From: Candidatus Omnitrophota bacterium
GTDB taxonomy: Bacteria; Omnitrophota; Gorgyraeia; Duberdicusellales; 4484-171
Length of the DNA stretch: 64,000 nt
Reading direction: 5' to 3'
NCBI GenBank assembly: GCA_043823745.1
Contig: JBDRAN010000044.1
Location: forward strand, 853-64,852
This document shows, piece by piece, positions 7,890 through 16,445 of the stretch. A program made the translations under genes and the position numbers. Below the pieces are notes generated by a model. The model worked only from the letters and a program-made list of their open reading frames with translations. It ran no database searches and was not told the DNA's origin. Numbering within the stretch: the first letter of the stretch is position 1; every line of letters starts with the position of its first letter.

Positions 7890-10245
7890 GGCGTTCTAAA
7901 ACAATCTCCTCGCGTAAAAGATACATTACTTCTTCCAAATGTTTTTTGAAATCCTGATATTTCGCAAGCGGCACGAACCGTTCTTTTATAGCAAATTCCT
8001 GGTAAAAATCAAGAGATTTTCCGCCTACCCTGCACGAAGAAATAAACGTGAACCACTCGGTGTCAACCGTATGATTACGCGGTACATACTTGACGGCCAA
8101 CACGGGCGGAAGCGTAACGGTCAACCGGGTAATTTTGCGGGTAATCCCCTCAAGCTCGATAGGAAATACACGCGTCTCTTTGCTTACAAAACCAACATCA
8201 AAGCTGATATCGCCCAACGCAGAAAGAATACGCATGTTATCAGCCGGATTGAGCAGCTTTTGTGCATCAAACGAATACCGCACGGCCATTGGTTTATTAT
8301 AATCCTTCAGATTCTCAACGCTATAATCACGGAGTTTACCCGAAGGATTAATCTGAACAATACGATCCTTAAAACCATCTTCGATATTCTGAGGATGTGT
8401 ATTGGTAAAATAGAAACGCTGTGCGGCAGAAAAAGAACCGGTCGTGGTCACCGTGCGCGTAATGCGCGCGTTTTCGTCTGCATCGATATCCATCCGGGTA
8501 TCGTAGGTGACTTCGTTGGTTCTTATCAGAGGAGTTCGCGCAATCTGATGGCCCTCATCCATACACACGAGCACCAATCGATCCTGGTCACCCGAAGGCA
8601 AATCGCCGAACGATGTTGTAGACGAGGTGGTATCCATAAAGATTAATTGGCCCTCCAGTGAAAGGGCCGCTATGGCATGATTGAAATTTACCGTTGGGAA
8701 ATCTTCGTGAATTGCGTACACCTCACGCGTCGGGATTAAAACAGGGTATGCCGTAAAGCCCGCTTCTTTAAGCAGCGCGACGAGCAATGTTGCCTTATCC
8801 TTACAATCGCCGTAGCGATTAGCAAAGATATCGATTGCCCGATGTGGCTCGTAACCGCTATCACCATACTCGACTGCAACATATCTGATATCCCGGGCGC
8901 AGAATTCATAAATCGCCCGAGCTCTTGCACGCGCGTCCGGACAATCGCGAAGGAGCGTCGCAAGGAACTTTTTCATTTCATCGTTGAGCGCGATTTTATC
9001 TTTATAAAGATTGTACCACCACGCATATACTTGATTCCAAGAAGAAAAACTGGTAATACCGATTGCGGGATTGACTTTTGGAAGCGGTGGCATCCCGGTT
9101 TCCGGCAATATTGGGGCGATATTCTCGAAACTCCACGTGTAGACGGTTCCTTCGGATCCTTGAACCACGACAGGCTCAAGCGCTAAGCCGCCAGCATACT
9201 CCTGATTCCTTTGTTCGATTTGGACGGTTGTTTTCTTCGGTACACTGAGGCGAAACCGTGCGCGTGCCACCGGAAAACGCTCTCTGGCATGATAGAGAAG
9301 ACTAAAATTGCTTTTTGCGACCAGGCGCGAGGAATAGATTTTAGCTTTATATTCGATGATAGCGCCGGTATCAACCGACGGCATTGAAATGATCAGGGCG
9401 CGGGCATTGCTGTAGAGTGGAAAATTTAAGTACTTAGAGACATCGCGGATATTTTCTTTGCCCGCATATACGACACTTCCCTGCGACGTGATGGTACGGG
9501 CATATTCAAGCTCAACTCGCTCATCGGTTGAGTCATAACCGATCTCAACTTCGGCGAGCCCCTTGCCGCTCTCTCTGAGCACCTTTTGGACAATATAAAG
9601 CGTTGAAACAGCGGTATCGTCATCTTTAACTTCGATGGATTCGTCAGCCAAAACAATAACCGCTTCCTCCTTGGTGATAGCGGCAATAAACTGCTCTTTC
9701 TCAGCAAGAAGTGCGGCAAGCTCTGATGGAATTACTCCTTCGACCGAAATACCGATCTTAGCGATACGTTCACGGGCGGCTACGTCATAGGGCGGCTTGA
9801 CGTTACGATAGACGGCAATCGCTTTCGGGAAAAGATTCTTCTCTTCAAGCGTCGCGCCGTACAAATACATATACTCGCTATCATCAAGCTTCCCCACCTT
9901 TTCAAACACATTCAGCGCATCCGCGAAATCTTTAAGATGAAAAGCGGCCTTCGCGTACAGGGCGCGCAACGGCTGCGCGGTCAAACCTTCCGTTAACGCT
10001 TTGACCTTCTGATAATCATGAAAGCGCCAGAAAAATTGCGCCGCCTCCAAACGTATATCATCATTCGCGGGTTCGCGTGCGAGCCGTTCTTCGTAACGGG
10101 CGCACGCCCGCTGGTAAACAGAGAACGCGTCATGCCCCGAAGGATTACATGCGACAACAAAAAGAAACGCAACCAAGAAAATTTCAGGTACTCGATATTT
10201 TTTTTGCATAGGAAGAATGTCCGTGGCAATACCGGATTTACGCAA
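7882..10245 (-). CDS. Transglutaminase-like cysteine-protease-domain protein (DUF3857/transglutaminase architecture) with an N-terminal signal and TPR-like region.
   Basis: YGDCKDKATLLVALLKEAGFTAYPVLI is the canonical transglutaminase-like Cys motif. 787 aa. Confidence 0.7.
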   Translation of the reverse strand: MRKSGIATDILPMQKKYRVPEIFLVAFLFVVACNPSGHDAFSVYQRACARYEERLAREPANDDIRLEAAQFFWRFHDYQKVKALTEGLTAQPLRALYAKAAFHLKDFADALNVFEKVGKLDDSEYMYLYGATLEEKNLFPKAIAVYRNVKPPYDVAARERIAKIGISVEGVIPSELAALLAEKEQFIAAITKEEAVIVLADESIEVKDDDTAVSTLYIVQKVLRESGKGLAEVEIGYDSTDERVELEYARTITSQGSVVYAGKENIRDVSKYLNFPLYSNARALIISMPSVDTGAIIEYKAKIYSSRLVAKSNFSLLYHARERFPVARARFRLSVPKKTTVQIEQRNQEYAGGLALEPVVVQGSEGTVYTWSFENIAPILPETGMPPLPKVNPAIGITSFSSWNQVYAWWYNLYKDKIALNDEMKKFLATLLRDCPDARARARAIYEFCARDIRYVAVEYGDSGYEPHRAIDIFANRYGDCKDKATLLVALLKEAGFTAYPVLIPTREVYAIHEDFPTVNFNHAIAALSLEGQLIFMDTTSSTTSFGDLPSGDQDRLVLVCMDEGHQIARTPLIRTNEVTYDTRMDIDADENARITRTVTTTGSFSAAQRFYFTNTHPQNIEDGFKDRIVQINPSGKLRDYSVENLKDYNKPMAVRYSFDAQKLLNPADNMRILSALGDISFDVGFVSKETRVFPIELEGITRKITRLTVTLPPVLAVKYVPRNHTVDTEWFTFISSCRVGGKSLDFYQEFAIKERFVPLAKYQDFKKHLEEVMYLLREEIVLERHG

Positions 10246-10531
10246 TCAGGGCAAGAATATCCTTAATGATATCACCTTTCTTTATTCCTAAACGTCGCGC
10301 GGCAGGAGTCAATGAATGCACGCGCGCGCGCAGTGCATCCGCAATTGTGGCGACACCGGTAATTTTGACCGCAGCATCGTTACATTTACGTGCAACTGAG
10401 GTATTAAGATACCCGCACATAACATACCCGCGGCTACCCCGCAGCACAATAAGATTTTTACCTTGCAACGGAAATAAAAGCGCTTCTATCGTTTGCGATC
10501 CGGTTTTAATTTTTTTAGTGACCGCAAGCAT
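10238..10531 (-). CDS. Small conserved protein, DUF1805/YunC-like.
   Basis: 97 aa, MCGYLN motif and a Gly-rich middle region. The assignment is from memory of the family only. Confidence 0.4.
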   Translation of the reverse strand: MLAVTKKIKTGSQTIEALLFPLQGKNLIVLRGSRGYVMCGYLNTSVARKCNDAAVKITGVATIADALRARVHSLTPAARRLGIKKGDIIKDILALIA

Positions 10532-10539
10532 ATTCAGGC

Positions 10540-11697
10540 CTATAGTTTTTTAAGAAAGCGTTCGATGCGCACAATCGCCTCTTTCAGGTTATCGAACGAT
10601 GTTGCGTATGACATACGGATATAGGAATCAAATTCCCTGCCGAATGCCGCCCCCGGCACAACCGCCACTTTTTCCTCAAAGAGTAACCGTTTAGCGAATT
10701 CGAGCGAACTTATCTTGAAATTCCCAATTGACGCAAAACAGTAAAACGCTCCCTGGGGCTTACTCAGCAAGAGCCGTAAGCGATTAAGTTCCCTGACCAT
10801 AAAATCGCGCCGGCGTTTATATTCAAGGCGCATCTGGCACACTTCACGTTGGGCTTTAAGTGCCTCCGTTGCGGCAACCTGAGAAACAATCGGAGCGCAC
10901 ATCATCGAAAACGAATGGATCTTAGTCATTGCGTCGATGATTTCTTTATTGGCGCAGGCGTATCCGATACGAAAACCGGTCATAGCGTAAGACTTCGAAA
11001 ACCCATTTAGCAAAATAGTCCTCTGGCGCGCGGCTGGCGCGAGCGTAGCAAACGGCGTGGGTTTACCTGCGTAATTAAGTTCATCGTAAACCTCGTCGCT
11101 GATAACAAGGGTGCAGCTTGGAGCAAGAACCTTCCAAAGCAACGCAAGTTCTTTTGCGGTATAGGTCGTGCCGGTCGGATTAGCCGGATTATTAAAAATA
11201 ATTGCCTTGGGGTTCTCACGAAGAAGCTTTTTTAACACGCTCGGATTAATTTTAAAGCCTTCGTCCTGCCTGGTAACAAGATACAAAACTTTCCCTCCAG
11301 AAATCTCGACGAGGGCCGGATATGCGACAAAATGGGGGCTGGCGACAATAACGGTATCGCCGGGTTCAATGATTGCCCGCAGCGCCAGGTCAAGCCCTTC
11401 GCTTACCCCAACCGTAACAAGAACTTCTTCTTCCGCATCATACGAAAGTGAATACTTCTTCTCAAGAAACGCAGCAATCGCGCGGCGCAAGACGAAAAGG
11501 CCTTTGTTGGATGTATACGATGTCATACCTTCTTCGAGCGCGGTGATCGCTTTCTCCCGCGCGCGCCACGGCGTGATAAAATCAGGCTCGCCCACGCCCA
11601 GAGAGATCACATCAGGCATTCCTAAGACCAGGTCGAAGAACTGCCGTATCCCGGAAGGAGCTAATTGTTCGATATGTTTTGCAATCATAATTATCAA
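10540..11697 (-). CDS. PLP-dependent aminotransferase, class I/II (aspartate/aromatic aminotransferase-like).
   Basis: The PLP-lysine motif SKSYAMTGFRIGY and the NPANPTG motif are typical of class I aminotransferases. Confidence 0.85.
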   Translation of the reverse strand: MIIMIAKHIEQLAPSGIRQFFDLVLGMPDVISLGVGEPDFITPWRAREKAITALEEGMTSYTSNKGLFVLRRAIAAFLEKKYSLSYDAEEEVLVTVGVSEGLDLALRAIIEPGDTVIVASPHFVAYPALVEISGGKVLYLVTRQDEGFKINPSVLKKLLRENPKAIIFNNPANPTGTTYTAKELALLWKVLAPSCTLVISDEVYDELNYAGKPTPFATLAPAARQRTILLNGFSKSYAMTGFRIGYACANKEIIDAMTKIHSFSMMCAPIVSQVAATEALKAQREVCQMRLEYKRRRDFMVRELNRLRLLLSKPQGAFYCFASIGNFKISSLEFAKRLLFEEKVAVVPGAAFGREFDSYIRMSYATSFDNLKEAIVRIERFLKKL

Positions 11698-11823
11698 TAT
11701 TGGTAAGCTGCACGCTACAGGCTACAAGCTACATGCTTTTAGATTTTAAAACCTTGGTCTTGAGGCCCACGGTTTGTAGCTTATGGCTTTGGCTTGCGGC
11801 TTTCGCTACTGGAAGCGAAACCG

Positions 11824-11839
11824 TGCCCCTCTGGGCAAG
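11824..11839. repeat. Left copy of a perfect 16-bp inverted repeat (tgcccctctgggcaag) flanking lrp.
   Basis: An exact reverse complement sits at 12360-12375. A third related copy, ggccctctggcc, is at 11852-11863. Confidence 0.8.
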
Positions 11840-11866
11840 ACGCCAAACCACGGCCCTCTGGCCTGG

Positions 11867-12349
11867 CTAATACGTAATCGCCAAACGGCTGTCCTTTTCC
11901 TTTTCCGCTAAGATAACGCCGTCTTCCTTGTATTTCTTTAACATAAAATGCGTTACCGCGCCTTTCACTGAACTTAACGGTGCTAACTTCTCGGCAACGA
12001 AGCTTGCCACGGTATGAATATCCTTGCCCTCAACCAACAGAAGCAAATCGTATGTTCCCGACAACAGGTAACAACTGGTAACTTCCGGGAATTTATAGAT
12101 ACGTTGGGCCACATGGTCGAAACCAACGTCCTTCTGGGGGCTTACCCGCACCTCAATAAGCGCAACCACGCTGTTGCCGCTTTTGAGCTTTTCCTTATTA
12201 ATAACCGTTTTATACTTAACGATGATACCTTTCTTTTCGTATGCCTTAATTTCTTTTTCGATATCCTTTTTATTTTTTCCAGTTAATTTTGCAAGATCCT
12301 CAAGTGATACACGCGCGTTAGATTCCAAAATTTCTAGCATATCATCCAT
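11867..12349 (-). CDS. lrp: Lrp/AsnC family transcriptional regulator. The start is revised to the internal ATG.
   Basis: N-terminal HTH (MDDMLEILESNARVSLEDLAKLTG) plus a C-terminal RAM domain. A GGAGG RBS lies 7 nt upstream of the ATG at 12349. The longer ORF N-terminus (MPLWARRII) is just the translated inverted repeat and RBS. Confidence 0.85.
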   Translation of the reverse strand: MDDMLEILESNARVSLEDLAKLTGKNKKDIEKEIKAYEKKGIIVKYKTVINKEKLKSGNSVVALIEVRVSPQKDVGFDHVAQRIYKFPEVTSCYLLSGTYDLLLLVEGKDIHTVASFVAEKLAPLSSVKGAVTHFMLKKYKEDGVILAEKEKDSRLAITY

Positions 12350-12359
12350 AATAATCCTC

Positions 12360-12375
12360 CTTGCCCAGAGGGGCA
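12360..12375. repeat. Right copy of the 16-bp inverted repeat (cttgcccagaggggca). It overlaps the lrp RBS and 5' UTR.
   Basis: Exact reverse complement of 11824-11839. Confidence 0.8.
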
Positions 12376-12423
12376 ATACCGACGAAATACCATGAAGCGC
12401 CGGGTATAGCGCAGAAGCTTACA

Positions 12424-12473
12424 CACCTTGCCTATCCTATAAGGCAAGGTGCCGGCCGTTCCAATGCGGCCGG
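12424..12473. terminator. Two tandem perfect hairpins downstream of the exonuclease gene, i.e. upstream of lrp.
   Basis: caccttgcc-tatcctataa-ggcaaggtg is a 9-bp stem. ccggccg-ttccaatg-cggccgg is a 7-bp stem. No clear U-run follows, so the role is uncertain (terminator or regulatory). Confidence 0.3.
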
Positions 12474-12554
12474 GTATCGCGATATCTCATCGATAACCTT
12501 TCGAAACTATCCTCATTGTAAATAACAAACACCTTCTTGTAAAGAACAAACGCG

Positions 12555-13373
12555 TTAGGCGATTTCAATATCGAAAATACGGTTAATATTGATACGCCGG
12601 CTTTCGACTCCGGCGCCTTGATACCAAAGATAAAAGCTGTTGCGCTCCTGAAAAAAAATAAGCGGCCGTATCTTTTCGGTGCGCATCACATTTTCATCCG
12701 CAAAGTAACGAATCTTTAAATATATCTCTTTACTCATTGCCTCCTTAATCGCCACGATCTTAGGCTCCTCTTTCGAGCGAAACACCGTGTTATTGACCCC
12801 AAAAAGCGACACATAATCATCCGCCATCGTAAGATTACGCTCACGCAGCATATCCCGTAACTTCAGGAAAACCTGAAACGTAATCTGCGCATCGCTTATG
12901 GCGCGGTGAAAACCGCCTGCGGTATCAATGCCAAAAAATCGTGCTGCTGATTCAAGTTTATAACGCGTAAGCTTGACTGTCGTACGCGCCATGGAAAGAA
13001 TATCCATAGCCGGAAATTCAACCGCCACGCGGTTTTCACGCCAGGCTTGATGTTTAATAAAGCCTAAGTCGAACTCAGCGTTGTAAGCGCACACAATAGA
13101 ATCCTGCAAAAAATCCTGTACACCGTCAAAGACATCCCGAAAAGAAGGAGCGCTTTTAACATCCTGATCGGATATCTTATGAATCAGGTGCGCCTGCGGT
13201 GGAATACTTTTACCTGGATTAACGAGTGTCTGGAATTGTTTGACAATCGTATCCCCGCGGGTTCTCAGCGCTCCAATTTCGCAAATTGCGTCGCCCTCAA
13301 CAACATCAAGTCCCGTTGTCTCAAGATCAAGAAACACTAAATCAATATCGTCAATCGCACGCTTTAGATTCAT
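12555..13373 (-). CDS. DnaQ-like 3'-5' exonuclease (DEDDh family) with a ~100-aa C-terminal extension.
   Basis: Exo I motif VFLDLETTGLD is present. The Exo III region has H...D (GFHRAISDAQ). Confidence 0.75.
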   Translation of the reverse strand: MNLKRAIDDIDLVFLDLETTGLDVVEGDAICEIGALRTRGDTIVKQFQTLVNPGKSIPPQAHLIHKISDQDVKSAPSFRDVFDGVQDFLQDSIVCAYNAEFDLGFIKHQAWRENRVAVEFPAMDILSMARTTVKLTRYKLESAARFFGIDTAGGFHRAISDAQITFQVFLKLRDMLRERNLTMADDYVSLFGVNNTVFRSKEEPKIVAIKEAMSKEIYLKIRYFADENVMRTEKIRPLIFFQERNSFYLWYQGAGVESRRININRIFDIEIA

Positions 13374-13383
13374 ACCCGACGTT

Positions 13384-13794
13384 TTAACGCATAATTTTTA
13401 CTACTATAGTCCGTTCACGATGCCTGGTGTCAAAATCAATTAATACAATTTGCTGCCAGGTTCCCAAATCAGGCACACCCTTGGTGACTGAAACAAAAAA
13501 GTTTGTTTTTAAGAATGCACTGCGCAGGTGGGAATGAGCGTTATCGTCAGCCCAGGTGGCGTTATGCGCATAGTTTTCCCGGTGCAGCAGGAGCGCCTCG
13601 AACGTTAGCTTAAGATCGCCCATAAGGCCCGGCTCATACTCCATCGTCGTAAGGCCAGCGGTTGAACCAAGCACCGAAAGGAAAAGAATCCCATCGATGA
13701 TTGCCTCCGTACGGATGAGGTCTTGAATATCCGGCGTAATATTGAGAATATCGGTGTTACCGGCAGTATGTACAACGATAGAGCGCGTTTCCAT
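13384..13794 (-). CDS. YjbQ/UPF0047 family protein (secondary thiamine-phosphate synthase-like).
   Basis: 136 aa. The ...AHSHLRSAFL...LGTWQQIVLIDFDTRHRERTIVVKI region matches the conserved C-terminal half of YjbQ. Confidence 0.75.
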   Translation of the reverse strand: METRSIVVHTAGNTDILNITPDIQDLIRTEAIIDGILFLSVLGSTAGLTTMEYEPGLMGDLKLTFEALLLHRENYAHNATWADDNAHSHLRSAFLKTNFFVSVTKGVPDLGTWQQIVLIDFDTRHRERTIVVKIMR

Positions 13795-13803
13795 GAGAGC
13801 CGA

Positions 13804-14124
13804 TTACTTAACAATACTCCCGGGAAGCATATCCCGTTGCGTAGTAAGAATACTCAACGTATCGGCTGATTTAGCGGCAAGCAGCATCCCTTCAGAGACG
13901 ACACCCCTGATTTCCCGAGGCTCAAGGTTTACTAGAATGATGGCAAGTTTTCCTATAAGTTCTTCAGGAGCGTACGCCGGGCGGATCCCTGCGACCAGCG
14001 AAACAGTTTTTTCACCAATGTCAACCTTTAAACAATAAAGCTTATCGGCGTTGGGATGATTGACCGCCTCAAGGATCTTCCCAACACGCAAATCAAGTTT
14101 TGTAAAATCATCGTAACCGACCAT
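13804..14124 (-). CDS. tRNA-binding protein (CsaA/Trbp111 Myf-domain family).
   Basis: FTKLDLRVGKILEAVNHPNADKLYCLKVDIGE is the characteristic OB-fold tRNA-binding motif. Confidence 0.75.
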   Translation of the reverse strand: MVGYDDFTKLDLRVGKILEAVNHPNADKLYCLKVDIGEKTVSLVAGIRPAYAPEELIGKLAIILVNLEPREIRGVVSEGMLLAAKSADTLSILTTQRDMLPGSIVK

Positions 14125-14184
14125 AAATCCTCCCTATCGTTACCGTACCGACGAGCAGTCACAAACCTGCTAGCATTCTAACAA

Positions 14185-15150
14185 TCATTGCCAGGAAAGC
14201 AACTCTTTTACTTCCCACCATATGACATACCCGCATTCGACCTTTTTGATGCGCGCAGGCGGGGAAACCCGAACCGTAAAATCATCGAGATAAACCGTTT
14301 TTGGAAAGCTGTCAATAACCGCTTGGTACACCGCATATTCTCCAACTTCATCAAGCTTCTCGAGCGGTCCAATCAATGTTTTCTGGCGATATAATTGTGG
14401 CTCGGCGCCGTGAGAATCTATGTATACGCGCAAACGAATCGGAATATGCTCATGCGGAAATTGTTGTGCTTTCAGATCAAACTGTTGTGCATCAACGGGA
14501 AAGGTATAGGAAATCACATGCGCATCTCTGGCAAACTCAAGGCCCTCGGGCTTACGCGGGTTGGCATCAACCTGCTCAAAAAGCACATGCCTATCCAGCA
14601 TATACCGGGAGAAAGTCATCATCAAATAGGCAAAACCCAACGATGGCTGCTCATTGTAAAAATAATAGTCGCTGAGATAGAAATACGGCAGGTAATCTTG
14701 AGGGTATAGCGCGCGCGCCGCCTCTAAATACTTTCCCGCCTTCTGCATATCGCGCTGGTTGAGACAGAACCGTCCTGCTTGAAGATGATACACATAATCA
14801 AGTGGGTTAAGCTGCACCGCTTTTTCATACAGTGCTTCTATCGTCTGCGCATCGTATTCGTTAACGGACGGAGCGGTCTCACGAATTTCATTCCAGAGAT
14901 AATCGGCTTTCCTCAGATAATTCAACGCATTATCGGGTTGCGCTAATAATGCTTCCTGTGCGGACGCTTGCGCGTGGCGATAATACCGCTGTTTTTCAGA
15001 GGCAAGCGTTGGTATCGAAACGCCAATCTGTTGCAATGCCAGCTCCGCGCGCACCGAAGCAAGAAGAAATAAAAGGCACAGCAGAATCACCACCGCGGCA
15101 ATTCCTACGGCCACGCGTAATGTTGTTGCGTTTAACTCTTTTTCTTTCAT
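14185..15150 (-). CDS. Membrane-anchored TPR-like protein. It is the last gene of the EPS export operon.
   Basis: An N-terminal TM helix is followed by Tyr/Leu-rich repeats. It overlaps the wzy-like gene by 4 nt. Confidence 0.5.
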   Translation of the reverse strand: MKEKELNATTLRVAVGIAAVVILLCLLFLLASVRAELALQQIGVSIPTLASEKQRYYRHAQASAQEALLAQPDNALNYLRKADYLWNEIRETAPSVNEYDAQTIEALYEKAVQLNPLDYVYHLQAGRFCLNQRDMQKAGKYLEAARALYPQDYLPYFYLSDYYFYNEQPSLGFAYLMMTFSRYMLDRHVLFEQVDANPRKPEGLEFARDAHVISYTFPVDAQQFDLKAQQFPHEHIPIRLRVYIDSHGAEPQLYRQKTLIGPLEKLDEVGEYAVYQAVIDSFPKTVYLDDFTVRVSPPARIKKVECGYVIWWEVKELLSWQ

Positions 15151-16445
15151 TGCTCAAAGTGAGTATGGGCGCACTTATATGTCACCCCCAGTAACAACCA
15201 AAACAAAAAGCATATCGCCGGTATATGAAAATTAAAATCAAAGAAGCTGTGCAGCAGAACCCCCAACAAACCGCATGCACCACCGGCAACCACACCTAAT
15301 ACAAAAGGGTCGTGCCGTTGCGCAAGCTGCTTAAAAAGTGAGTGAAATATCAAAATTAGGAAATAGAAATAACAGCCTGCGGTGATTACTCCTGTTTCAA
15401 GGACAAGCTGAAAATGGTCATTGTGGAGATAGTACCAAAACGAAGGCGATAAGGAGCTCCGGTACATTGTGAAAATGTGATGAAAATTACCCAATCCTAC
15501 TCCCCATAAGGGGAAATCTTTCGCAACTGCGCTTGCATCGCGAAGCACGAGCAATCTCCTCCCCATTGCCATACCGTTTATCAAAAAACGCTCCTTTAGC
15601 GGTTCAAGACCGACAATACCCATCAAGACGACACCGGCGGCGAGGCCGGCAAAGACAACCCACGCCTTTCTTCTAATAACATCATAATGCTGTAACAATA
15701 TAAAGATACCGCAGAGTGCGCTGATAACACTCAATGCTCCTCCTCGTGAACCGGAAAGAAAAATGCTCGCGCAGATGAGGGCTCCCAGAAATAAAAAAAG
15801 AATTTTTTTGAAACGATCCGTACAGGAAATTGCATAGCCTACCGCTAAGGGCGCAACCATCACCATGTAGGCGGCGAAATGATTACGGTTACCAAAGACG
15901 CTAAAAGAATCTGTTAATGTTTTTTCCAAGATTAGATATTTCCGAACAAGGCCATAAAGACATAAAAGTGCTGCCCAGGCAATAATGAAACTACAGAGCC
16001 GTTCGAATTGTTTTTTTCTCACAATCCCGTTCAGTACCATAAAAAAAAGCCCCACAAAACAAACGTACTGCACTAATTCATTCTTAGTATTGAAAGAATA
16101 AATACTCAACGTATGGAGCTGAGTTTGAAAATTATCCGGGCCGTAGTGCTGATAAAGATATGCTGTCTTTGGCGAAAGGGCTGTGAGCAAAGAATTGGGT
16201 AAGGGGACTATTTGTAGCAGAAGTAAGCCGAAAAATATCATGAGAGCAATAATCGCGGCGGGAAATATGATCGTGGGGCGCAACGATACCGCCAGCTTAA
16301 CCAGGAAACCCGCCATCAATAGGAGAATAGCGATTTCAAGGAGGTATCGCGGTAAGGGCAAAAGCGAACCATAAAAAAGAGGGCTTACGATAATGAGGAG
16401 AATGAGGCAAGCCTCAACAAAGTAAGAGAATATCTTTTCTGTCAT
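15147..16445 (-). CDS. O-antigen ligase/polymerase family (Wzy_C) polytopic membrane protein.
   Basis: 432 aa with more than 10 predicted TM helices and one large loop. It sits next to the Wzc-like gene, with 1-nt start/stop coupling. Confidence 0.65.
   Translation of the reverse strand: MTEKIFSYFVEACLILLIIVSPLFYGSLLPLPRYLLEIAILLLMAGFLVKLAVSLRPTIIFPAAIIALMIFFGLLLLQIVPLPNSLLTALSPKTAYLYQHYGPDNFQTQLHTLSIYSFNTKNELVQYVCFVGLFFMVLNGIVRKKQFERLCSFIIAWAALLCLYGLVRKYLILEKTLTDSFSVFGNRNHFAAYMVMVAPLAVGYAISCTDRFKKILFLFLGALICASIFLSGSRGGALSVISALCGIFILLQHYDVIRRKAWVVFAGLAAGVVLMGIVGLEPLKERFLINGMAMGRRLLVLRDASAVAKDFPLWGVGLGNFHHIFTMYRSSLSPSFWYYLHNDHFQLVLETGVITAGCYFYFLILIFHSLFKQLAQRHDPFVLGVVAGGACGLLGVLLHSFFDFNFHIPAICFLFWLLLGVTYKCAHTHFEQ

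Noticed and set aside
7939-8646. 235-aa plus-strand ORF
   Set aside because: It is antisense to the transglutaminase-like gene, and its product has no motifs and a very Arg/His-rich composition.
11867-12376. Longer Lrp ORF starting at TTG with N-terminus MPLWARRII
   Set aside because: The extra 9 codons are simply the translated 16-bp inverted repeat and the GGAGG Shine-Dalgarno. The canonical ATG with proper RBS spacing is at 12349.
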